From Pirellulales bacterium (GTDB lineage: Bacteria; Planctomycetota; Planctomycetia; Pirellulales; UBA1268), in contig JBIIFB010000001.1 in NCBI GenBank assembly GCA_044237545.1, positions 1 to 60,342 of the forward strand: 60,342 nt of DNA, written 5' to 3'. This document shows, in pieces, positions 1 to 9,900 of this stretch. The translations under genes and the position numbers were made by a program. The notes beneath the pieces are model-generated. The model saw only the letters and a list, made by a program, of their open reading frames with translations. It was not told the DNA's origin and made no database searches. Position 1 is the stretch's first letter, and the number at the start of each line of letters is the position of its first letter.

Positions 1-3000
1 AACACCGCGGGCGACAACACTCCGGGGAACAAGGACGCAATCCGCCTGGTGGCCTTCGAGTGGAATGCGCCGATCTACGAGCGCGGCGGCGAGGGGGTCG
101 TGTCGGTGCGGTTTCGCCAATCCCAGGACCATCCGTCGCTGACGCAGCCGGAGGTGCGGGCGGAGTGGAGCCCCTACCAGCCGTCGAACCCCATGGCCCG
201 CAACTGGCAGCCGGTCGAGGTGCTCGACTGGCAGGCCGGCGGCGATCGCGGCCCGCTCAGGTTCCTCGTGCCGGACGTGCCGTTTCAATATGCCGTCTTC
301 CGCCTGGCCGTGTGCGAAAAGGGGGACACGCGTCCGTTCCCGCCACTGGCTGCTGAGATCCAGAGCTGCATCGTCGACCGCGGCCAGCGGGGCTCGGCGA
401 GTGTCGTCTCCAATCGGGGCCGCAATGCCTTCGTGGCCGGCGAGCCCATCGCGCTTGAGGTCGTGCTGCGGTCAGCGGAGCCCCGACCGGCCGGTCGGCG
501 CACGATTCTTCTCACCCATCCCGACGGCCGCGAGGACAGGCTCCCCTTCGACGACCCCGGCGCCGCCTGGTGGAGTCAGCCGTGCGACCTGCCCGCCATG
601 CGAACCGCCCGGCTCGAGAGCGGCTCCTACACGATCACCGTGGCCGACCTACCGACGGGTATCGCGGCGATGCCCTGGCAGTTCGACATCGCCACCGCCG
701 AACGGCCGAGTCTCTTTCACGTCGTCAAGCCGTCGAAATACACGAAGGCCATGAACAACCTGGAGCCGAGTCATACGAGCGACAGGGTGCCACTGATCGA
801 CCTCGACCGCGCCGTCGACACGCTCTCCCGGCTGGGCTACACCCGCGTCGACTTGATGACGTATTCGACGAACCACCACCTCCGCGGCCACGCCTGGCGG
901 GAGCGGCTCTCCGAAGTCGACCCGCGTCTGCCGCCGCCGGACGCGGTCTACACGCCCACGCCGCGTGAGCAGATCCTCAACGCCTGCGTCCGCCACGGCA
1001 TGCAATACAGCGACGTTTGGCTGAGCTACAACGATTTTCATCTGCCGCGGCGAATCGAGCCCTACATCCGGGCGAGCGAACGCTGGATCGCCCGCGAGAC
1101 CCAGGCCATGCGGCATTCGCCCGCCTTCGACGGCATGATGCTCTACGACGAGATGTACGAGTCGGCCGTGTCGGGGCTCGTGCCGCACCATCAGAAATAC
1201 TTCGGCGCGACCCGCATCCGGCTCGCCGAGGAAAAGTTCGGCGTGCCGCCGTCGAAGATCGAGCAGGCCTTCTCCCGCTACCTCCAACGGCCGCTGGCAC
1301 AGCGCGATCCGGCCGTCCTGCAGCAGTATATCGCCTATCAGGACTGGCAGCAGCACGGCTGGGCCGAATACATCGACAGGGTCGTCGATGTGGCGCGGGG
1401 GATCGCCCCGGCCGCGCGGTTCGGCACCTACCATCGCACCTGGATGGCGCCGGGCACCTGCGACGACATCTACAACGGCTACGCGCCGGACCTGTTTCGC
1501 AATCTCGACATCATCAGCCACGTGCACTACGCCGACAACATCACCGGCTGGGTGCATGCGCCGCTGATGGCCAGCATCCTGCGGACGGGCCGCGGCAAGA
1601 CGCTCTACCTCAACATGCCGCTGACGCATGAATCCAGCTCCGACTTCGACGGCCAATACACGCGGCAGATGGCGTTGTCGGTGCTGTCGCTCGGGGTCAA
1701 CGGCGTCGCGCAATATGGCCTGCCCCACTCGTTCGACGATGGTCCCAATCCGGGCACGGCACTGGCCAACGAGACGACCCGCGTGCTCAACCGCGAGATC
1801 CTCCGTCCGTTCGGTGCGATCAACGATCACACCACCGACGGCTACCGCCGGGTCGGCATCGTCAGCACGCTTGCCCAGCATGCGACCAGCCGGTTCAAGC
1901 CGATCGCCGTCGGCTGCCAGACCGAGGGGATCGCGGTCGCCTGCTGGCGGCTGGGCTACCCGGCCACGTTCCTCCGCGAAGAGACGCTCGAGGAGCCGCT
2001 CGACGGCTTCGCCGTGATCTTCGTGCCGGGCATCCACTTCGAGGGCGAGCTCTCAGAGACGGTCATGCAGCGGCTCAAGGCGGCGGTGGATCAGGGCATC
2101 AAGGTGGTGGTCGAGGGCGATAGCCAGCTGCAGTTGCCCGGCGTGATGAAGCTCAGCGACTGGAAACTCGACAGCTACTTCATCGGCGACAACTACTTCG
2201 CCACCTGGGAGGACGACGAACTCAACAAGATCTACCGGGCCAGCCAGCCGATCGTCGATTTCCTGGGGCCGAAGCTGGCCGAGTGGGGCGTCGAGCCCGC
2301 CGCGCGTGGCGATTTCCGCGTCGGCCCCAACTGGCGCAGCGGCGGCGACATCCAGTATCTCATCCACGCCAACTTCGACGATCCGCCCTATCGCCATTCC
2401 GTCAAGCAGTCGCAGGTACTCCCCAAGGTGCAACGGCTCCAGGTGCCGCGGCACCGCGGCACCGCGGCCTACGACCTGCTGGCCCAGCAGCCGCTGGAGA
2501 TCAGGCCGGCCGACGGGCCGCACGCCGACCGCGAGCAGGCGATCGACCTCGACCTGCGGAGGCTGCAGGGCGCGATCGTCGCCTTCACGCCGGAGCCCGT
2601 CGCGAAACTCGAGACAAGTCTTGCCTGGAAGGCCGACGCGGGCCACCTGCGTCTGCGGGGAGAACTCCGCGGTGTGTCGGGCAGACCGATCAAGGGCGTG
2701 TTTCCGGTGCGGATCACGCTCCGCCAGAGTGGCACCGCGCGGGAGTTCGACCGCGTGCTGGGAGCCGACACGGCGGCGGAGTTTACGCTGCCGCAGGGGG
2801 CCGCCGACCGCGACACCACGATCGAGGTTCGCGAGGCCCTCACCGGCCGCATGGCCTCGCACACGATCATCGTTCCGGCGCGGGCTGCCTTGCCGCTCGA
2901 ACTCGCAGGCCCGCAGGCCGTCGCCATGCCCTATCCGGCCGAGGTGGCGAGATTCATCGAATCGAAGAAGGCGTCCAAGCAGGCCGTCACGATCGCCGTT

Positions 3001-6000
3001 GCCAGGAGCGTGGCGGGGGCCGACGCCGTGGCGAGCGATCTCATTCGGAAGCTGAAAGACCGCGGTATCGCCGCCCGGGTCGCACCGGAGGCGAGCGTGT
3101 ATCGCCGTCCGGTCGGCGATCCGAAGTCGGAAGACCCGCTCGGCGACGGCTTCCACACCTGGCGGGGCTCACAGCCGCTGATCGGCCCCGGGCTGGTCGT
3201 CGATGGGCCACTCGTGGTGCTCGGCGCGGCCCGCGGATCACTCCTGATCGACGCGCTTGCCGAGCATGGCTACCTCTCCCACCGGCCGCTCGGACAGCCG
3301 GGCGAACGCTGCCGGCCGAGCGTGCAGGTCGCCACGAAGGGTCTTCACTTCGCGCATGACACACTCTGCCTGATCGCCAACGACGCGGCGGGCATGCAGG
3401 CCGCTGTCGACTCCCTCTTCGCGGCCGCCGCACCACCAGCGGCGGAGGCCGGCGCGCGACAGGCGGGGGCCGTCGAACGCACCGTGGCCGACACCGGCGC
3501 GACGGCGGCGGTGCCGGTGACCACGAAGATGGGCACCAACGAAATGATCGAACATCTCAAGTTCGATGCCGCCGGCAATCTCTATCTGGGCACGTGGGGC
3601 CACGGCAACAATTTCTATTCGCTCGACAAGAACGGCGCGGTCCGCTTCGCGCGGCGGCTGCCGGAGATGGGCATTCGCCGTCTGGAGGTGACCGACGATC
3701 GCGTGCTGGCCTACACCGCCGCGGGGGCGCGGCTCTACCAGTTCACCCACGACAACAAGCCGCTCTCGCAGGCGCGGATCAATCTCGATCCGGGCGGCAC
3801 GCTCGCCGACGACGACTACTCCCTCTCCGACGCTGATTTCCTCTGGCTTGCCGGGCCGCGCCGGCTGCTCCACAACCTGGGTGACAGGTTCCGGCTGTTC
3901 GACGAGCAGGGAACGGTCGTCGCCGAATGGGAGGGAGAGCCCTACGAGGACAAGGACGTGGCCGACAAGACACTCCGACGGCAGTTGCACGGCTACGCGC
4001 TCAGTCCCGACGGCAGCCGGATCGCGCAGCTGGAATCGAGCCGGTATTACACGAAGAAGGCCTACGAGGACGCGGTCGTGTACGACGTGCATCTGGTCGT
4101 CCGCGATCTGCGTGGCGGCCTCGTGCACGAGTTTAAGGAGATCGACAACGGCAAAGAGGTGACGGCGAGTGTGGCGTGGCCTGCCGATGCGGCAGGACCC
4201 GTCGTGAATGCCCCCAATGCCATGCTGGCCGAGGGGCATGAGCGGTGGCTCTTCGATCCCACCTTGAAGCTGCTGGCGAAGGTGCCGTATCGGCAGGGGA
4301 TGCTGTCGCTCGGGGTTGAACGGCGGCTGGTTCGCGACGGCGCGATGCTGCTCTACTACGACACAGCCGACCGGCTCGTCTGCCGGATCGGACCCTTTGT
4401 GACCGCACCGACGTTCGCGGCCGTCAGCCGCGACGGCGGCCATCTGGCCACGCTCGACGAATATGGCCGGCTGCAGATCTTCGCGACGGTTGACGGCCGC
4501 AGGCGTGCCGACACGATGGTGCCGGAACTGGGGAGCGCGATCGCCTTCACCCCTGATGGCAGCCAACTGGTGCTGGGCGGCGCACGTGGCACGGTCCTCG
4601 CGCTGGATCTCGATGGCAAGCCCGTCTGGCGTCAGGAGTTGTCGCAGTCGAACCCAACGCTCGGCGGCGACCTGCCCGAACGTGATCCGTCGTTCCCAGA
4701 TCTGACGGCCCGCCTCTGGCCCGAGACACGCGACGAGCCGGGCCAGCTCGACAAGCTCGTGCGGCTCGGGCCCAACCGGCTCGTCAACGGCGATGCGGAG
4801 GAGCAGACCGGCTGGCAGACTCCGCGGGTCGAATACCGTGGCCCGGGTCATGAGAGCAGCCGCGGCCTCGCCGTCGGCCCAACACCCGTCACGCAACAGG
4901 TGAGCGGCTATCTCGGCACCCACGCCACCTGGGTGCTTGAATTCTTTTACCGCGCTGCCGACCCCAAGACGCCGGTTGAACTGCTCGCCGGCCTGATGGG
5001 GGACGGCCGGTTTCGCGAGTCGACCGCGGTGCGGCTGTCGGCCGAGGCGCAGTGGCGGTTCGCCCGCGTGGCCTTCAAGAATGGCGAGCAGTGCGGCACG
5101 CTGACGGTCGGCTTCTCGGCGGCGGCCGGAGGCTGCCTCGTCGATCGGGTCAGCCTGCGTCAGATCCGGTTCCCGAGCATCAACCACGTGCTCAGCGAGC
5201 CGCTCTACCCGATCACGCCGATTGTCCTCGAAAACCCGCTCTATGCGCAGCAATACGACCCGGTCGGCAACCTGCGGGAGCAGGCGGTCAGCCGCGTGCT
5301 CATCCCCCCGCTGCACACCGGCAGCCTCAATCTCGTCGAGAATGCCTGGATGCAGAACGGCCGGCTCAACGACACGTCGGACCACTGGTACATCCAGCCC
5401 TTCAGCCGCGAGAGCCCCGAACTCCCGATTTCGCTGTCGCTCCGCGAGCCGCGCTGGATCTCGATGCTGGCGGTCTATTTCAACCAGCGTCGCCCCGACC
5501 AGGTCGCACCGCACTTCGACGTCTACGGGGTCGATCCCGAGACAGGCAAGGACCGACTGCTGGCAAGCGTTCGCAACAACGCGCAGGTGTTCCGGCTCGT
5601 GAAGTTTTCGCCGATCAAGACGACGCTTGTGAAGCTCGTGCTCGTCAACTCAATCGAGCGTCACCGCACCGTGAGCGAGATCGAGTTGTACGGTCCCCTC
5701 TCGGGCCGGGAGGGACAGCCCGCGTTCCTCGATCCCGAAGGCCAGAACACCTATATGGGCGACTTCACCCGCGTCGACAAGCGGCTCAAATCCCTCGCCG
5801 ACGACTACCTGCCGCCGCTCATGCGGGGCCTCGTTCACGACGAGGCGGTCGTCTGGCACGCGCCGATCACGCAGCCGCTGCTGGCCGAGGGCCGCATGTA
5901 TCTGGGCCGCACGTTCGGCCAGAACACCTCGCACACGCTGGCCGAGCCGCTCAAGGATGTCTCCAGGGGTCGCGCCGGCGGCTTCGGCTACACCCCCTAT

Positions 6001-6918
6001 GGCACGCTCTACGCCGGGCTGATCCTGCGAACCGGCAACGACGGCAAGCTCTACTGCCTGAATCCCGACACGGGCACCGAGCTCTGGTCAGCTCCGCTCG
6101 GAAACCGGCTCTTCGGCTGCTCGGTCTGCATCGGAGAGGACGTCTATGTGGCCAACGACCTGGGCAAACTCTTCCAGCTCGATCTGGCCAGCGGCCAGAT
6201 CATGAAGGAGGCCCCGATCGGCGGGCTGGTGCTCGGCTCGCTGGCGACCGACGGCCGCACGCTCGTGTTCATCACCGACGACGGACGGCTGAGCGCCGTC
6301 GATGCTGCGACGTTCAAGACGCTCTGGCAGCTCCCGATCGCGGCGGCGACCGACTCGACCCCCGCGGTCGATCAGGGCACGGTCTACCTGGCCGACCAAA
6401 AGGGGCTCGCTCAGGCGGTGGACCTTGCCACCGGCCGGCCGCGGTGGGCCACGCCGCTGGGAGATGAATTCGCCCGCTGCCCCGTCGTCGGCGCGAACGT
6501 GGTGGTGTATGGCTGCCGCGGCGGAACGCTGGCCGCGGTCGACCGCGCGACGGGAAGGATCCTCTGGAAGCAGCAGGTCGAGAGCCGGTTCGAGTATGAG
6601 CCGCTGCTGACTCAGAGCGGTCTGCTCTTCTTCAGTGGCGGCACGGCCATGCTCGCCAGGCTCGACACCGGCGCATCGATCCCGTGGCAGCCGATGGCTG
6701 CCAGCCGCGGCAAGCCCGCGCTGCTCGCGCCGCCATTCACGCTGCCGAACGATCCCGTGGTGCCGCTGAGCTACTACCGCGGACGGCTCGCGTTCATCGA
6801 GCGGCCGGCCGACAAATCGCACCAGACATTCCAGATGAATTTCGCCTGGCACCTGCTCGGCGGCTCCTACACCGTGCTCGCGCCCGCCGACAAACCAGCC
6901 GCGGAGGCCAAGCCATGA
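1..6918 (+). CDS. Very large secreted multidomain protein: glycosidase-like TIM barrel, beta-propeller repeats, F5/8 type C (discoidin)-like module, C-terminal PQQ/BamB-like propeller. Probably truncated at the 5' window edge.
   Basis: Frame 1 is open from nt 1, with no stop before the track's GTG at 49. There is no signal peptide at 49. The long ORF has G/C-rich third positions. Recognisable repeats include ALSPDGSRIAQ, FTPDGSQLVLGG, GKLYCLNPDTGTELW, ATGRPRW and ATGRILW. A discoidin-like segment ends SEIELYGP. Confidence 0.85.
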   Translation, partial: NTAGDNTPGNKDAIRLVAFEWNAPIYERGGEGVVSVRFRQSQDHPSLTQPEVRAEWSPYQPSNPMARNWQPVEVLDWQAGGDRGPLRFLVPDVPFQYAVFRLAVCEKGDTRPFPPLAAEIQSCIVDRGQRGSASVVSNRGRNAFVAGEPIALEVVLRSAEPRPAGRRTILLTHPDGREDRLPFDDPGAAWWSQPCDLPAMRTARLESGSYTITVADLPTGIAAMPWQFDIATAERPSLFHVVKPSKYTKAMNNLEPSHTSDRVPLIDLDRAVDTLSRLGYTRVDLMTYSTNHHLRGHAWRERLSEVDPRLPPPDAVYTPTPREQILNACVRHGMQYSDVWLSYNDFHLPRRIEPYIRASERWIARETQAMRHSPAFDGMMLYDEMYESAVSGLVPHHQKYFGATRIRLAEEKFGVPPSKIEQAFSRYLQRPLAQRDPAVLQQYIAYQDWQQHGWAEYIDRVVDVARGIAPAARFGTYHRTWMAPGTCDDIYNGYAPDLFRNLDIISHVHYADNITGWVHAPLMASILRTGRGKTLYLNMPLTHESSSDFDGQYTRQMALSVLSLGVNGVAQYGLPHSFDDGPNPGTALANETTRVLNREILRPFGAINDHTTDGYRRVGIVSTLAQHATSRFKPIAVGCQTEGIAVACWRLGYPATFLREETLEEPLDGFAVIFVPGIHFEGELSETVMQRLKAAVDQGIKVVVEGDSQLQLPGVMKLSDWKLDSYFIGDNYFATWEDDELNKIYRASQPIVDFLGPKLAEWGVEPAARGDFRVGPNWRSGGDIQYLIHANFDDPPYRHSVKQSQVLPKVQRLQVPRHRGTAAYDLLAQQPLEIRPADGPHADREQAIDLDLRRLQGAIVAFTPEPVAKLETSLAWKADAGHLRLRGELRGVSGRPIKGVFPVRITLRQSGTAREFDRVLGADTAAEFTLPQGAADRDTTIEVREALTGRMASHTIIVPARAALPLELAGPQAVAMPYPAEVARFIESKKASKQAVTIAVARSVAGADAVASDLIRKLKDRGIAARVAPEASVYRRPVGDPKSEDPLGDGFHTWRGSQPLIGPGLVVDGPLVVLGAARGSLLIDALAEHGYLSHRPLGQPGERCRPSVQVATKGLHFAHDTLCLIANDAAGMQAAVDSLFAAAAPPAAEAGARQAGAVERTVADTGATAAVPVTTKMGTNEMIEHLKFDAAGNLYLGTWGHGNNFYSLDKNGAVRFARRLPEMGIRRLEVTDDRVLAYTAAGARLYQFTHDNKPLSQARINLDPGGTLADDDYSLSDADFLWLAGPRRLLHNLGDRFRLFDEQGTVVAEWEGEPYEDKDVADKTLRRQLHGYALSPDGSRIAQLESSRYYTKKAYEDAVVYDVHLVVRDLRGGLVHEFKEIDNGKEVTASVAWPADAAGPVVNAPNAMLAEGHERWLFDPTLKLLAKVPYRQGMLSLGVERRLVRDGAMLLYYDTADRLVCRIGPFVTAPTFAAVSRDGGHLATLDEYGRLQIFATVDGRRRADTMVPELGSAIAFTPDGSQLVLGGARGTVLALDLDGKPVWRQELSQSNPTLGGDLPERDPSFPDLTARLWPETRDEPGQLDKLVRLGPNRLVNGDAEEQTGWQTPRVEYRGPGHESSRGLAVGPTPVTQQVSGYLGTHATWVLEFFYRAADPKTPVELLAGLMGDGRFRESTAVRLSAEAQWRFARVAFKNGEQCGTLTVGFSAAAGGCLVDRVSLRQIRFPSINHVLSEPLYPITPIVLENPLYAQQYDPVGNLREQAVSRVLIPPLHTGSLNLVENAWMQNGRLNDTSDHWYIQPFSRESPELPISLSLREPRWISMLAVYFNQRRPDQVAPHFDVYGVDPETGKDRLLASVRNNAQVFRLVKFSPIKTTLVKLVLVNSIERHRTVSEIELYGPLSGREGQPAFLDPEGQNTYMGDFTRVDKRLKSLADDYLPPLMRGLVHDEAVVWHAPITQPLLAEGRMYLGRTFGQNTSHTLAEPLKDVSRGRAGGFGYTPYGTLYAGLILRTGNDGKLYCLNPDTGTELWSAPLGNRLFGCSVCIGEDVYVANDLGKLFQLDLASGQIMKEAPIGGLVLGSLATDGRTLVFITDDGRLSAVDAATFKTLWQLPIAAATDSTPAVDQGTVYLADQKGLAQAVDLATGRPRWATPLGDEFARCPVVGANVVVYGCRGGTLAAVDRATGRILWKQQVESRFEYEPLLTQSGLLFFSGGTAMLARLDTGASIPWQPMAASRGKPALLAPPFTLPNDPVVPLSYYRGRLAFIERPADKSHQTFQMNFAWHLLGGSYTVLAPADKPAAEAKP

Positions 6919-9900
6919 TCGCCCAGATGCTGCTTGCGGTCTGCCTGCTTGCGACCGCCACCACCGATCGCGTCGATCTCGCCGTCGCGTGGGTGGAGGG
7001 CAAGCCGCAGGCGAAGCTTGTGGTTCGCGATCTGCCGGCGGAACTGCCCGAGCCGCCGTCGGTGGCCTGGTCGGTACTCGATCCGCAGGACAAGCCGCTC
7101 GCGGGCGGCGTGGTGAAACTTGCCCGCGTCGATGGCACGTGGCAGGCCGCCATCCCGCTCGACGCGATCAAAGACCCGAAGAAAACGCATCGGCTGGAAC
7201 TCTCGCTTCGCGATTCCGTCGCGAGTCTCGACTATGCCGCGCGGGCGACGCTCGTGGGCGAGGCGGCGAGCGTGCCGTGGTATGCGATCGCGGGCGAGGG
7301 CGTCTGGCCCGATCGCAGCGTGGCCTTCGTGGTCTCGCTGCCGGGCGACAAGTCGGCCCAGCCGCGTGACATCCCGGTGGCCCTGACGGTCCGCGACGGC
7401 GATGACGCGGTCGCCTTCCAGCGCGAGCTTCGCCTGCCGCCCGACGCTGATCGCAGCGTGCACCGCATCCTCGTCACGCCCGACACTGCGGCGAGCGTGG
7501 GCCCCTACCTGGCCGAGCTCGACATCGACAGCGAGGTGCACGGCCTTTCGTTCCGCACGCAGGAGCGGTTCGCGCAGGCCTGCGCCGAGATTCCGCTGAG
7601 CAGTTTCGAGCGGGGACAGCGTGGTGACTGGTTCACCGCCGATGGCCAGCCGCAGGGCTATCGCTCGCTGCAGTATTACTACTCCGGGCATCTCCAGGAT
7701 CTCCAGCAGCGCGACTACCCACGGATTGCCTACGACCCTGCAGAAAAGCACGCCGGCCGCCAGTCGCTCCGCATCGGCTACGAGAGCGGCAAGCCGGCCC
7801 ATGTCTGGTCGCAGCAGGTGCTGCCGGGCAAGCCGACGGCGCTCTCCATCTGGGTCAAGGGCAACAACACGACCGACGAATTGCTGGTGTCGTTCGAGGA
7901 CCACATCAACTTCTCACTGCCCGCCTGGCAACGGAATGCCAACTTCGCCGAGGCGAAGGTCTGCACGCTCGACTTCGAAGGCTGGCGCCGGTTTACGGTG
8001 CCCGTTCTCGGTGCGGGGCTGCAGGCCACCGGCAGCAAGGGTTCCACCACCGACATCGATGCGCCGGTGAAGATCCTCGCGGTATCGGTCCGTACGACGG
8101 TGGCCAAGGGGCAGCAGGCCGGCGAGCCGCGGCAGGTGTGGCTCGACGACCTCTCGGTGCAGACGCAGGCGGCCGAAAATGGCCGGCTCTCGCTCGAACT
8201 CGGCTCGAATCGCGCCGACGGCTCCCTGGCGAAAGATGCAGTGATGGTCGTCAGCCTCGGCAACGGCCGCGGCGTCGACCTGCCGCGTGGCAGGCTCAGC
8301 CTCGCCGCCCGCGATGCCGAGGGAAGGTCCGTCTGGTCGCAGACGCTTGATCTGCCGGCGAAGGCCGGGCAGTTCACGTCTGTCGAGGTGCCGCTCGACG
8401 AACTCGCCGGCAAGACGATGGACGGACCGCTCGACATCGACGCGACGTTCACCGATGCGAGCGTGCCCGGAGCCCGCATCACCGGCCGGCAGGCCTGGAA
8501 GTTCCCCATGCAGGCGGCAGTCGTGCACGACTTCGAACACCGCGAGACCTACAGCGGCTACGCGGCCGGCGCAGTGACCATATCGAGGGCGACCGTCGTC
8601 GACGGTGGCGCCGACGGCAGCAAGGGTTCGCTCGCGCTCAACGTCGTGCCCGGTCAGGTCGACAACTCGGTGCTCCTGCACCCGGCGCTGCCAGGCAAGC
8701 TCGACCGGGTTGAACTGATGGTGCACGGCGGCCCCCATCCGGTGACCCTGCAGCCCTGGTTCATCGACGCGGCCGCCACGGGCGTCTGGCTGCGAAAACA
8801 CAACCTCTTCTGGGCCGAGCCGATCACGGTCGACTGGCAGGGCTGGCGAAAGGTGACGGTTGCGGCTCCGCCGATTCCTGTGGGACACGCGGAAAAATCG
8901 CGGTCGTTCCTCTTCGAGCCCGCCTATCCACTCAATCTGGCGTTCAACGCCCAGACGACCGGCGACCAGCCCGTCGAGGTGCGATTCGACAACGTGCGGG
9001 CTGTTACGCACCTGCCCCGCGACCAGTGGCACCGCATCGAGATCGAGTATGCCGACGAGAGCCGCATGCACGCCCCCGGCGCCCCGCTCACGGCGATCGT
9101 CACCAACTTCGCATCCGAGCCGGCGACGTTTGCGGTTTCGTTTCAGCTGCGGCAGGCACAGGGCTTCGTCGCCCGGCAGGGCACCGTGCCGCTGGAGATC
9201 AAGGCCGGGGAGCGGCGGCACGTGACGCTCATCGACAGTCTCGCGCCGGGTGTCTACGACCTCGAGCTCGCGGGTGTCGGTTCGCAGCCCGTCCGCGGGC
9301 CGCTCGCGGTGCTTCCGGCGGCCGGCTTCTTTGGCCCGCAACCTGTGACGATGCTCGGCGATCCGCTCGCGTTGCGCCGCCAACTGGGCCTCACCAACGA
9401 GCGGATCTATCTCGACTGGGACAACGTCGAGCCGGCCCCCTACGTGCGGCATTTCACCTGGTTTGAAATGGAGTCCGGCAAGCGGCGAGAACTGCCCGTG
9501 ATGCCCGCGGAGCTGCGGCCGCTGGCCGAGGCGAAGGAGAAGACGGCCGCCGCCGTGCCCGCCGCCGTGACAACCGTGACGGCGCTCCAGGCGGAGGTCG
9601 GCAAACAGGCGGCCGCGCGGCAGCAGGCGGCCCGCAACGTCGAGGCGGCGCAGAAGAACGTCGATGCGGCCGCGGCGGAACTCGCGCCGCTGGCAGCGGC
9701 CGACCAGACGGCGGCGAAGGCCGTACGGGAGTCGGAGGAGATCCTGGCCAAGGCCCGGCTCGACCATGCGGAGGCCGTGAAGCTCGTCGCGGAGAAGACG
9801 GCCCAGATCCAGCGGCTGAAGGACACACCGGAACCGCCGGCGGAGACGCCTCCGCCAAACACGTTGGAGACGCTGGCGGCCGAATTGGCCGCCGCGCAAA

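Noticed and set aside
3238-5514. Long antisense or alternative-frame ORFs: 3238..5514(-), and similarly 649..2037(-), 7914..9899(-), 23068..24975(+), 38388..39860(-), 42230..43930(+)
   Set aside because: They are Arg/Pro/Gly/Ala-rich translations typical of the non-coding frames of high-GC genes. Each lies fully inside a longer ORF that has recognisable domains.
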